The position numbers were made by a program, and so were the translations under genes. Source: Fibrobacterales bacterium (GTDB lineage: Bacteria; Fibrobacterota; Fibrobacteria; Fibrobacterales; JAOPTW01). From it: DNA of 64,000 bases. Each line of letters opens with the position of its first letter. Within the stretch, counting starts at the first letter, position 1. Location of the stretch: positions 320,001 to 384,000 of the forward strand of contig JAOPTW010000013.1 of the NCBI GenBank assembly GCA_051532035.1. Direction: 5' to 3'. Below the pieces are notes generated by a model. It ran no database searches, was not told the DNA's origin, and saw only the letters and a program-made list of their open reading frames with translations. Below, piece by piece: positions 1 through 9,825 of the stretch.

Positions 1-1
1 T

Positions 2-1273
2 GAAAGAAATGCATGGTGTAAGATTGATGCAAATGGAGATATACTAGATGTTATTAAAGTATTTGATTTAAAAGATGTTTCCAATAAATTTTTCTCTGGA
101 ACTGTAATTGGTTTAAAAAAATCTGAGCTTGAAGAGTATGCTACTGCAGCCAATATGGAACTAGTTCGATTATTTGATATTACTCGATACGATGAAGAAA
201 ATTTCAATGGATGGGGTAACGCTTCTGATAATCAGGTGGAATCGAGTTCTCCTGATGTTTTTGCTTCGTTGAATGTTTATCCTTCATACGGGAGTTATTC
301 TCGAGGTATTAATTTTTGTGAAGTTAAATCAAATAAAACTGACCTTATAAACAAAGTTTTTAGATCTGGAGGAGAGTCTAAAAAAGAGTATTGTGAATTC
401 ATTACGCAAGATTGGAAAAATAAAAAAACAGTAAAAGTTTCATGCAATCCAAATAGTTTATCAAATTACTTTCAAGAATCAGATAAGCCGTTTGAGATAT
501 CACCCGTTTTCTTTCGTTCAGAAGTTATTTCAAAATATAAAGGTGATACTGACAAATATTATATTGATCATAATGCCATAACTTGTCGTGATGCTTGGCA
601 TTTAAAAACGTTTGATGTTAATGAAGCAGGGCAAGTTCATACTTATATAGGCTATCTAAGTCGTTTGCCTTTCCAAGAACAATTACATTGGCTTCAATAC
701 AATGAAGATCCAAAAGCCCCACTCTCTGAGCGGGTAATAAAAACTGATTTTGAGGGTACGTTCCATAATCAATATGACCCCCTTACCAGTTTTAAAAGTA
801 AAATAAATGACTTAATTTATAAGAAAGTAAAATGGTGGAAATTAAGGCATTCTGAGTTATTACGCAAAGTACAGTATCCATATACTGCCTCAAAAGATGA
901 GTGGGCAGAAGAAATTATGAATTTAGATAAAGTACTAGTAGAAGGCTTAGAACAGAGCCAGTTAAAAATTATTGCCAAAAACTTAGAATGTGAATTGCCT
1001 AAAGACAAGAATTTAAAATCATTACAGCTTCTTGATTTGATATTAAAGAAAAGCGGATTTTCAGATGAAAAGGCTTTTTCAACGTTGACCTCTTTTCATG
1101 TATTGCACAGATTGCGCTCCGAAATAAAGGGTCATGTCTGGAATTCTGACGCAGAAGCTCACAAGAAGAGTGCTATAAAAGATCATGGGTCATTTATGAA
1201 CCATTACAAGAAAATATTAGGTGACTGTGATACATCACTTGATACTATAATGAATGTAATACAAAAGATGTAA
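2..1273 (+). CDS. Hypothetical protein, 5'-truncated by the window edge; possible C-terminal HEPN-like motif
   Basis: The frame of ORF 155..1273 is open back to position 2 (ERNAWCKIDANGD...). The helical C-terminus carries LHRLRSEIKGH (R-x5-H). Confidence 0.75.
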   Translation, partial: ERNAWCKIDANGDILDVIKVFDLKDVSNKFFSGTVIGLKKSELEEYATAANMELVRLFDITRYDEENFNGWGNASDNQVESSSPDVFASLNVYPSYGSYSRGINFCEVKSNKTDLINKVFRSGGESKKEYCEFITQDWKNKKTVKVSCNPNSLSNYFQESDKPFEISPVFFRSEVISKYKGDTDKYYIDHNAITCRDAWHLKTFDVNEAGQVHTYIGYLSRLPFQEQLHWLQYNEDPKAPLSERVIKTDFEGTFHNQYDPLTSFKSKINDLIYKKVKWWKLRHSELLRKVQYPYTASKDEWAEEIMNLDKVLVEGLEQSQLKIIAKNLECELPKDKNLKSLQLLDLILKKSGFSDEKAFSTLTSFHVLHRLRSEIKGHVWNSDAEAHKKSAIKDHGSFMNHYKKILGDCDTSLDTIMNVIQKM

Positions 1274-1416
1274 ACGATTAGGCTCCACTGACCGTAGTCC
1301 TTGCTAATTGTGGAGCGGGGTAGAGAGTTGTTTTTATTTTGAATGCCTTATAAGCACTACGTTCTATAGTGCTAAATTTTATATTTGCTATTGGATGTGA
1401 ATATTGGATGAATTTT

Positions 1417-2301
1417 ATGGATTTTAGGAGCTTTGTTGAAAGTTTAACAGATGAAGAAATTAATGAAATGAATAAAAAGGAGATGGACTCGGAAAAAGAA
1501 ATGTTTACTGAGTTTGTTAAAGATCACGACAATGGTGTTTGCAATATGTGCAATCAAAAATTAACTGTAATCGACCGTGATTCGCCATGCTTTCATTGGT
1601 TTTTATACCCTAATGGAATAAAGAAAAGTGATTTTAAAAAATATCTTGCACAACCAATGAATAACTTTCAATTAGAAGGTTATTTACGTTGGCTAGCTAC
1701 AATGGAAGCGCCTTTAAAAAATATAAATGACATGGTACTGGAGTCCACAGGAACGAAAATAAAAGAAATTACAATCAAATATAAAAACTTAGAATGGACT
1801 ATTAATTATGGGAAAACGGATTATGATGGGCATGAAGGCTCACAAAATGCAGAATTTCCTCATTTTCATGTACAAATGTTGATTGATAATAGACCATTTA
1901 TGAGATTTAATGATTATCACATACCTTTTTCTGAAGAAGCTCTCAAGCAGATAGAGTTTTTAAAAAATAATGAAGATATTGTAGGTATGTATAGTGGCGT
2001 GGCTCCCGGAATGAATGTGTTAGAAAATCCAGAACGATTAAAAATCATTAATGATGAAATGATTGCACTTGAAGATGAGAAAGGTGCTGCGTTTCATACA
2101 AGTACTCTATTTAAGATGCCAGAAGGTGAAAAGGCTACAGTTGGGGAAATATTGAAAATTTTTGAAGATGCAAAAATTAAAGGCCAATCTAAACGTCATG
2201 CCTTGAAAGATGTATTTCCTGGATCGACTATGATTACAGAAATCGGACCGGGTGAAGGAGTACCTGAAATGAAAAGCCGAAATAAGAGGAATAAAAAATA
2301 A
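1417..2301 (+). CDS. Hypothetical protein with putative Zn-binding Cys/His residues and an HxH motif
   Basis: Long ORF with CNMC, PCFHW and FPHFHVQ. The start is uncertain (GTG 1369, ATG 1408 or ATG 1417). Confidence 0.75.
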   Translation: MDFRSFVESLTDEEINEMNKKEMDSEKEMFTEFVKDHDNGVCNMCNQKLTVIDRDSPCFHWFLYPNGIKKSDFKKYLAQPMNNFQLEGYLRWLATMEAPLKNINDMVLESTGTKIKEITIKYKNLEWTINYGKTDYDGHEGSQNAEFPHFHVQMLIDNRPFMRFNDYHIPFSEEALKQIEFLKNNEDIVGMYSGVAPGMNVLENPERLKIINDEMIALEDEKGAAFHTSTLFKMPEGEKATVGEILKIFEDAKIKGQSKRHALKDVFPGSTMITEIGPGEGVPEMKSRNKRNKK

Positions 2302-2326
2302 TTTTAAGAAAAGGTTTAGGTGATTT

Positions 2327-2656
2327 ATGAAAACAACAATAATTTTGTTGTTCATTTGTTTTTCTTTGGGATCTACATCAAATAAATTAAAAGGTAATGA
2401 GATAGAGTGTAGAAACAAAAAAATTACAGTGGTTACTAATGGTATTTCAGCATTAGAATACACGCTAAGCAAAGAGCCAGGATTAATTGGTAGGGGGCGA
2501 ATAAATGTTTATATAAATAATAATATTGATTTGTATATAACAGGAGTTAAGAAAGAGTTAGATAACATATATCAATACTTACATAGTACAGGAAATTCGT
2601 TAAAAATGGATACAAGCTCTTGTAATATAGGTAAGATCAAAAGACATAGTAAGTAG
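2327..2656 (+). CDS. Small exported hypothetical protein
   Basis: AGGTGA Shine-Dalgarno-like sequence upstream; N-terminus MKTTIILLFICFSLGS looks like a signal peptide. Confidence 0.5.
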   Translation: MKTTIILLFICFSLGSTSNKLKGNEIECRNKKITVVTNGISALEYTLSKEPGLIGRGRINVYINNNIDLYITGVKKELDNIYQYLHSTGNSLKMDTSSCNIGKIKRHSK

Positions 2657-3016
2657 AAACTAATTTTGCTCCCTTATCCCTAAATCCGCATGAAAGCAGG
2701 CATTCAAAAAATAAAAACCTTAAATGCTTAGGGGAAACATCTCGATAACCCTTTGTAACTAGCTTCAACAACAAAACGTTGCGTACATTCTAATGCTTTA
2801 CCCGAAAATTCAAGCATACCTTGAATATGGGTTTTACAAAGTATTTCCCCACCCCTCTCACCAAATCATTATTTAATCAGAGGCCAGTAACACATATATT
2901 TGAATATTTCACGCGATTGGATTATATTCATTATCTATTCAAAAATCAGTAAACCCTCAATTAGCCTAATGAGCCCCTCTTTCCTCGGGAACCGCTCCTA
3001 GGCCCTGGTAAATGAT

Positions 3017-4249
3017 ATGAAAAAGAAAATTGATAATGAGTATGGATACTTTGGCTTTGCAGAAGATAAAGATAAAATTATTTTTGCAGGACAGTTTAAG
3101 TCTATTAATGGAAGATTTGTTATTTCGCTAACAAGCTGTGTTTCAGATAAAAGCCCCTCTTTTTCTCCCTCATCTACTTATGATGTTATATATGGAATAC
3201 TGAGTGATGGCAGACATGTTTCTCTGCATGATTGCTACAATAAAAGCTTTAGAATTGGCTCACATGCTGGTGGAGCAGATTATTTTTTTGAGAAAGGGTA
3301 TATTGGTGAGTCATTCTTTAACGTTACACAAAAGATCAATAAGGTAACCTTTTCAACCAACCATCTTTTTTTGTGGCTTCATGGATGTATTGCATTCGAT
3401 TCTGATATTAACATGAAGGATAAAACATGCACTTTGAAATATATTACACCACCAGATAAAGATTATAATTTATCTGGCTCTAAAAAGGCTGTTTGTAAAT
3501 TTGAAGCTATTTTCCCTGGAAGTACATTCGCAAAATCTAAATACACTATAACATCCTTACCTAGGATCGAAATTAAGTCTTCCAACCATGTTTTTGTTGA
3601 TACATTATTTGAATATATTTGGCAAATTCAGAGACTAATATCATTTTGTATGTTGGACAAGATTCATGTCAATGAAATAAGGGTGTACGCTAATGGAAGG
3701 GTGTATAACGTATTATCAGAAAATACATCTGAACAAGAATCACGAGAAATATTGCACCCCATGAGAGCTATTTTTTCCTTAAAAGAAGCTGATGCATACT
3801 TCGATAACATTTTTGAAAAGTGGACAGCATTTGAAGACAAATATGGTGAAGTATCGAGGCTTTTCCTGCAGTGTATCAATTTTGACGAATTAACACTTGA
3901 TAATTTGGCAATTAACTTAACAACCGCTTTAGAGTCATATAACAGAATCCGCACTAATTCTAAAATGCATTTAAATGACCGATTAAAAGAAGAGGTATTG
4001 AGGTTTAAAAAATGCATAAAGAAAAAAAGTGCAATAATAAGGCCTACTTCATGGGCGCAACGCATTGCGGATACGAGAAACTATTATGCCCATATACTAA
4101 GTAACAAAGAAAAAAAGCGTCTTAAAGGTGCTCCATTGTTTTATGCAAATTATGAGCAACGCCATCTACTTATAGCAATAATTTTATCAGAGCTGGGATT
4201 AACAGAAAACCAAATAAAAACCATTTTTGAGACTAAAGCGTTCAACTAA
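3017..4249 (+). CDS. ApeA-like HEPN domain protein (putative antiphage RNase)
   Basis: Beta-rich N-terminus (IYGILSDGRHVSLHDC) typical of the ApeA N-terminal domain; LTTALES helix; HEPN motif DTRNYYAH (R-x4-H) at ~4076-4093. Confidence 0.8.
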   Translation: MKKKIDNEYGYFGFAEDKDKIIFAGQFKSINGRFVISLTSCVSDKSPSFSPSSTYDVIYGILSDGRHVSLHDCYNKSFRIGSHAGGADYFFEKGYIGESFFNVTQKINKVTFSTNHLFLWLHGCIAFDSDINMKDKTCTLKYITPPDKDYNLSGSKKAVCKFEAIFPGSTFAKSKYTITSLPRIEIKSSNHVFVDTLFEYIWQIQRLISFCMLDKIHVNEIRVYANGRVYNVLSENTSEQESREILHPMRAIFSLKEADAYFDNIFEKWTAFEDKYGEVSRLFLQCINFDELTLDNLAINLTTALESYNRIRTNSKMHLNDRLKEEVLRFKKCIKKKSAIIRPTSWAQRIADTRNYYAHILSNKEKKRLKGAPLFYANYEQRHLLIAIILSELGLTENQIKTIFETKAFN

Positions 4250-4380
4250 TATTGCTACACTTTAAAATACGTCGCAAAGGGGAAAGCAAAAGCAATTAAG
4301 AGAAGACAAAAAAAATAACCCTGATGATATCTGAAATAATCGCCTCACCCAATCAATAAATCATTAACGTAAGCCTCTAC

Positions 4381-4550
4381 TACTTCTTAGCTTGTGTAGC
4401 CAGCCTCTCTCTCATAGGTAATAGAGGTGGTGACCTCACTAAACTTAACCACAAACTCATGTTGATTGATGATGCGGTCACCATCTTTGGTTCTCTGTAA
4501 CCATACAGAGCCTGCTAATCGAACTAATGATGAGGATATTCTCTTATTGT
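4381..4550 (+). pseudogene. Phospholipase D/nuclease (HKD) domain remnant
   Basis: Reads KLNHKLMLIDDAVTIFGS, then after a +1 frameshift CNHTEPANRTNDEDILL. This is a degenerate HxKxxxxD...GSxN...N..NDE PLD signature with no start codon. Confidence 0.6.
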
Positions 4551-4980
4551 GGGTGGTGTATTAGAGGATAATTAGGACGCACGGGAGAGACAAGGGGGGG
4601 TAGAGAGGAGATTGAACGAATTAAAAAAAGAATTTTGTAAGGAGGGATAAGTTTTTTACCGTCCCCCTAATCTCCCTCCCATATCATCAAGCGCTCACCT
4701 TCTGGATGGGTGTTTTTTTTTGTGGGGGGACTAGTACTATCGGGCTATTGTGTGATATGTTTTTTGTTTGTATGTTTGCTAGGTAATATAAAAAGAGACG
4801 TATATTTTTTAGTTCCTAATTCTCGGAGTGGGACTGGATGTACCCAATATCGTATTTTCATCGGAGAAGTATGTAGGGCGTACTTAAGGAAACAAATATT
4901 TTAGCAAACTCATTGAGCTGTTTTAAAGCTGCAAATATGCCATTTTCTTGCTAAAAAATGCAAAACACGAGGAAATTATT

Positions 4981-6828
4981 ATGGATGATTTTATAAATAA
5001 TGCTAATAAGCATATTGAAAAGTTTTTGGATTACTATTTAAATTTTCTTCATGGACCTGAATATGCTGTTTTATTAAAGGGAGACTGGGGAATTGGTAAA
5101 TCATGGTATGTAGATCAAATCATAAATAAATATTCATCGACAACACAAAATAAATTAAAATTTCTTTATGTTAGCTTGTATGGTATTACTTCTTTTAGTG
5201 ATATTGAGGATACACTTTTTCAACAGCTTCACCCTGTTCTTGCTTCAAAAAAAATGAAACTTGTTGGTAAAATATTAAAAGGCACGATCAAAACAACATT
5301 AAAAATTGATTTAGTTGGAGATGATAAACCAGATGGATCTATTTCTGCTAGCGTACCTGACATTAACCTACCTGACTACCTTAAAGATTGTCAGGATTAC
5401 ATTCTGATTTTCGATGATTTAGAACGATGTAATATCGATGTGATTGATGTTTTGGGATATATAAATCATTTTGTTGAGCATCAAGATAGAAAGGTAATAG
5501 TCATAGCAAACGAAGAAAAAGTAATTGAAAAATACTCTAACAAATATAAGGAAATAAAAGAGAAGTTGATTGGTAAAACCTTTTTAATCAAGCCTGATTT
5601 TGATAATGCTATCTCTCATTTTATTGAGCATTGTATTGGTTCTCAAATTAAGAGTTTTTTTAATAATAATTCAGGTACCATTAAAGAACTATTTTTTAAT
5701 GCTGAACGAAGTAATTTACGTCATATAAAACAAGCTCTTTGGGATTTCGAACGGTTATATGATGTTTTGGAAAGTAATATTCAGTCAAAAGAACCTTTGG
5801 TGGTAGATTTGTTAAAAATATTTCTTGTTTATTCTTTTGAAATAAAAAATAACAACATTTCTTCTGATAGAATTGGTGACTATGCAACTACTTCAATTAT
5901 GGCCGCTGCTTTTGATGATGAGTTTAAACAGTTTTCACAAAAATACCCTACCGTTGATACAGGAAATATTTTGTTAACTGGTGGAATATGGACTGATATT
6001 TTTGATAAAGGTATCATTGATGATGAACAGATTAATGCAGCACTGCGTAATACAAAGTACTTTGATGATGAAAATACTCCAACATGGAAAAAATTATCGA
6101 GGTACTTTGACCTAACTGACACAGAATTTGATGAATACTTAACTGATGTTAGATCTAAATTAGCTTGCCGTAGTTATATTGATGTCTTAATAGTAAAGCA
6201 TTTAGCCGGGGTTTTTATGAGCCTCTGTGAAAAAGACATTATAGAAGACACTGAGCAGAGTTTAATAGATGACTTCAAAGCGTACATTGACGATATGGTC
6301 AGCAACAACACATTAGTTTTGAATAATAATTTGACTCCTCCTAGGGCACAGGATGGATCGTGGGATGGCTATGGGTTTTCTGGAACAGAAACTAGTGGGT
6401 TTCAGGCTGTTAGTCAATATATTGAATCTTGTTATATAGTGGGAATTCAAAGTAAATATTCAGAATTTGCTGCAGAAGTTATGGAAGACATTAAAAATCA
6501 AAATGGTGAATTCTACTATAAAATCGCAGTGAGCAATGTTAAAGAGTCACAATACTTCGATAAGCCTATACTTCAATATATTAATAAAGAAGAATTTATA
6601 TCTACTATAAAGGTCATTACCCCAAGTGAGTTAAGAAAAGTACAATATGCCTTTATAGAAAGATACAAGAATGTCACATCCTTTCCTGATTTAAACCAAG
6701 AAAAATATTGGTTACAGGATGTAGAGGCAGCATTAATGCAAGAGGTCACAAATGCTAGCGGAATTTTAAAATATAGACTTAAACAGTTTAAGGAAGGATG
6801 TCTTGAAAAATCGATTAAATTACTGTAA
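4981..6828 (+). CDS. KAP-family P-loop NTPase (soluble)
   Basis: Walker A LLKGDWGIGKS, Walker B ILIFDDLER, KEKLIG motif. GAGGA SD precedes ATG 4981. No transmembrane insert. Confidence 0.85.
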   Translation: MDDFINNANKHIEKFLDYYLNFLHGPEYAVLLKGDWGIGKSWYVDQIINKYSSTTQNKLKFLYVSLYGITSFSDIEDTLFQQLHPVLASKKMKLVGKILKGTIKTTLKIDLVGDDKPDGSISASVPDINLPDYLKDCQDYILIFDDLERCNIDVIDVLGYINHFVEHQDRKVIVIANEEKVIEKYSNKYKEIKEKLIGKTFLIKPDFDNAISHFIEHCIGSQIKSFFNNNSGTIKELFFNAERSNLRHIKQALWDFERLYDVLESNIQSKEPLVVDLLKIFLVYSFEIKNNNISSDRIGDYATTSIMAAAFDDEFKQFSQKYPTVDTGNILLTGGIWTDIFDKGIIDDEQINAALRNTKYFDDENTPTWKKLSRYFDLTDTEFDEYLTDVRSKLACRSYIDVLIVKHLAGVFMSLCEKDIIEDTEQSLIDDFKAYIDDMVSNNTLVLNNNLTPPRAQDGSWDGYGFSGTETSGFQAVSQYIESCYIVGIQSKYSEFAAEVMEDIKNQNGEFYYKIAVSNVKESQYFDKPILQYINKEEFISTIKVITPSELRKVQYAFIERYKNVTSFPDLNQEKYWLQDVEAALMQEVTNASGILKYRLKQFKEGCLEKSIKLL

Positions 6829-6833
6829 AGTTT

Positions 6834-6870
6834 ATACCCCTTAATATTACTTCGAAATTTTAAGGGGTAT
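6834..6870 (+). terminator. Hairpin downstream of the KAP NTPase gene
   Basis: 11-bp inverted repeat ATACCCCTTAA / TTAAGGGGTAT with a 15-nt loop; no clear U-tract. Confidence 0.4.
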
Positions 6871-7080
6871 CGAGAGATGATAACAATAAACACTTTCTCT
6901 CTCACTAAAACAGCTGAGGCCGTCGACATTTTTACCACTGAAATACCAAAACGGTGCTAACATTAAGTAGGTATCCTTTTAAATATCAAGCGATGAAAAC
7001 CCAACATCCTTTGGGTAAATGAAAAGCAAAATAGAACAAAGATTTTATTATCTTTTTTAAATCTATACAAAGGAAGTTAA

Positions 7081-8607
7081 ATGGCACTTTTTAATTCATT
7101 GGGCTTTTCCCAACACCCCTTTAGTAAAACTAATGCTGATGAAGAACCGGATTTAAAAGAATATTTCGTTCCTCCACCTTATTTTGATGCCGTTATTGGG
7201 GACTCAAATAATCCATCTCCAAGTATAATACTTGCTCCAAGGGGGGCGGGCAAATCAGCATTAAGAAAAATGGTAGAAGCAGAATCAAATAAAAATCAGT
7301 TCCTTTCTGTTACTTATGATAGATTCGAATTTACAACTGGTACAGATATAGATGATATTACTCTCCAGTATCATCTAAGAAATATAATTACTAGGGTGTT
7401 ACTTTCATACCTTTCTTATTTGTCTGAATATCCAGATGTCCAAAAGTCCTTATCTAAAGATGATAAAAAGTATTTAGGAGTGTTTGCCTCCACTTATCTT
7501 GGTGACCTAAATGGTGAAAGATTACAAGAGCTACTAAATGATTTAAAAAGTCTGCCTGAAAAATTTAAAACATTTTGGAAACAAAATGTTGGTGTTATGG
7601 AGTCTGTTGTAAATTTTGTCCTCAAAAACTATGATTTGGAAAAAATCGATTTGCCAAACATGCAAAATGAAGAAAAGCGATTATCTGAAACATATAAGCA
7701 TCAACTCACTACTTTGCTGGAGTTAGTAAGAAAAATTGGTTTTAAATCCATATACATTTTGATTGATAGAGTTGATGAAACTGAATTAACTGGTAATGAC
7801 CCGGAGGCCACTTACAAATTGATTCAACCAATTATTCGGGATTTAGATTTACTTGGCTTGCCTGGGTTTGGTTTTAAGTTTTTTCTATGGGATAAAATAT
7901 TGCCTTTTTTTAAAGAGGATGCACGCCCTGATAGGGTTTCAGAATACAAGCTAAATTGGACGAGAGATAATTTAAAGAAAGTTTTGAATGAACGACTTAA
8001 AGTTTATAGTTCCAAAGACATTCAAAATTTTCAACAAATGTGTTCTGATCAAACAAAATTAAATTTAGATGATGCTATTTGTATTATGGCAAATGGTTCA
8101 CCAAGGAATTTAATAAGGTTTTGTGAACAAATCTTTGCAGTGCAAGGAGAAAGAAATCCAGAATCTAAAAAAATAGATTTTGCATCAATTGATATTGGTA
8201 TTACAAATTTTAGTGAGAAATTACTTTATGAAATATATCCTGAAAAACATGTAAAAGAAATACAAAAAATTGGAAGAGAAATATTTTACATCAGTTTTGT
8301 CGCATCTAAAATATTTAAAATTTCTACTCAAGCTGTCAGAAGTAAAGTGAAGGAATGGATAAATTTGGGAATCATAAAACAATCTGGAACGGCTGTTATA
8401 GATAATGCTAACAAACCCGTTCATATTTATTGTGTGATAGAGCCAATAGCAGTACGACTAATTTATAGACAAGAGCCCTTCGATAAATTTATTAATAATC
8501 GATGGTTGGTATGTGGACATTGTCTAAAGGATAATCTCATGGATATTTCTTTGTATCCAGAAGGTAATGATGCTACTTGTATTAATTGTGGGAGAAACCT
8601 AATTTAA
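7081..8607 (+). CDS. P-loop ATPase (STAND/AAA+-like, Sll1717/FunZ-like) with probable winged helix and C-terminal Zn ribbon
   Basis: N-terminal HPFSKTNADEE, Walker A APRGAGKS, Walker B YILIDRVDE, GSPRNLI motif, terminal CGHC...CINC. AAGGAAG SD upstream. Confidence 0.8.
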   Translation: MALFNSLGFSQHPFSKTNADEEPDLKEYFVPPPYFDAVIGDSNNPSPSIILAPRGAGKSALRKMVEAESNKNQFLSVTYDRFEFTTGTDIDDITLQYHLRNIITRVLLSYLSYLSEYPDVQKSLSKDDKKYLGVFASTYLGDLNGERLQELLNDLKSLPEKFKTFWKQNVGVMESVVNFVLKNYDLEKIDLPNMQNEEKRLSETYKHQLTTLLELVRKIGFKSIYILIDRVDETELTGNDPEATYKLIQPIIRDLDLLGLPGFGFKFFLWDKILPFFKEDARPDRVSEYKLNWTRDNLKKVLNERLKVYSSKDIQNFQQMCSDQTKLNLDDAICIMANGSPRNLIRFCEQIFAVQGERNPESKKIDFASIDIGITNFSEKLLYEIYPEKHVKEIQKIGREIFYISFVASKIFKISTQAVRSKVKEWINLGIIKQSGTAVIDNANKPVHIYCVIEPIAVRLIYRQEPFDKFINNRWLVCGHCLKDNLMDISLYPEGNDATCINCGRNLI

Positions 8608-8835
8608 TTTATCCCACTTTTCATCATCAAAGACTCACCTTCACACAGGTTTAAACCCATCTCGTTATCACAAAACTTGACGACCCCAACAGCGGATATT
8701 ACCCATGGGCCTTGAAGTGGTTCAAGGAGTATGATTTGATATTATAGATGTTCAGTATGATAGACTGTGTACGCTAAGTTTAAACAGGGCTAATTAGGGA
8801 AGTTATAGCAAGCGGTTCTATTCTGTTTTTTATGA

Positions 8836-9087
8836 CTATAACTCAACTGCAACACCTTCTTCTACAAGTTTTGATATAACCCTATCAAAATGCTGTCTGA
8901 CCATATTGAATTCGTAATCAGGTCCAATTATAACGTTATGTCTTTTTTGGGAAGGTGATTTTCTATTAAAATATTTTCTAAATACGGCTTTGATGTCACT
9001 TTTATTACCGTGAATCACCCAGCCCTTTTGAGTCATTACGTTATAACTCATGATAATACTACAGATCTCATATTTTTCTATCATCAT
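8836..9087 (-). CDS. Small hypothetical protein
   Basis: 83-aa ORF with an AAGG SD-like sequence upstream; no recognisable motif. Confidence 0.45.
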   Translation of the reverse strand: MMIEKYEICSIIMSYNVMTQKGWVIHGNKSDIKAVFRKYFNRKSPSQKRHNVIIGPDYEFNMVRQHFDRVISKLVEEGVAVEL

Positions 9088-9162
9088 TTATACATACCTT
9101 AACAGACGTAATTAGCTATTATTGATCATCGGCAATTATCCCCACCTTCCTGAGGTACAACA

Positions 9163-9399
9163 ATGAGCATTTTCGAGAAAATAGCTAGTCAATCTGATTT
9201 TATAACAAACATTAATACTGTTTTATCATTGCTAGGGTCGAAAAAACCCAAGACACAGAAGGATAGAATAGTTAAAAAAATAATAGAACGTGAAGCAGAA
9301 GTTATGATACATTCCATTCATCATAACTATTTGAATAATGAGCAAAAATTTTATAAAAAATTAATCTATCTATATCGTTTAGCTCAGAAATTAAAATAG
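9163..9399 (+). CDS. Small basic helical hypothetical protein
   Basis: 78-aa ORF preceded by a GAGGT SD. Confidence 0.5.
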   Translation: MSIFEKIASQSDFITNINTVLSLLGSKKPKTQKDRIVKKIIEREAEVMIHSIHHNYLNNEQKFYKKLIYLYRLAQKLK

Positions 9400-9537
9400 T
9401 TCTCTTTGATCTCGCTGTTTATCGAGTTTTTCACTTTACAAGCTGTATTCGCCTATGGTTAATGTGTGCTCCTATACGGCAACCGGCTAAGTTGATTATC
9501 AGTCGCAAAATAATTTGAAGTATTTGTTAGGAGTGTT

Positions 9538-9825
9538 TTATTTGTCATTTTCCATCATTTTTTGATGCCAACTACAGTACCCGCCGTTATCTAATGCTGC
9601 AAGCATCTCACACCATGGTATTTCATCATGACATTTACACTCTTTTAATACAAAATGGTCAGTCACTTCTTTCTTAAATACAAATTTCTGTTTTTCAGAA
9701 AGATTATGTTCGCCACCATCATCAATGACCTTTTTAGTAATAGCAATTGCTTTACCTCCATCAATCATACCTGAATCAAGTAAGCTCTGAAAAAAATCTT
9801 CGTATTCTCTGTCTTCAATTTCCAT
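9538..9825 (-). CDS. Small hypothetical protein with a C-terminal Cys/His cluster
   Basis: 95-aa ORF, AAAGGT SD, motif CKC...WC...YCSWH. Confidence 0.65.
   Translation of the reverse strand: MEIEDREYEDFFQSLLDSGMIDGGKAIAITKKVIDDGGEHNLSEKQKFVFKKEVTDHFVLKECKCHDEIPWCEMLAALDNGGYCSWHQKMMENDK

Noticed and set aside
4710..4904. 64-aa hydrophobic ORF
   Set aside because: It arises from a T/G-rich spacer that overlaps a shared non-coding block and has no SD.
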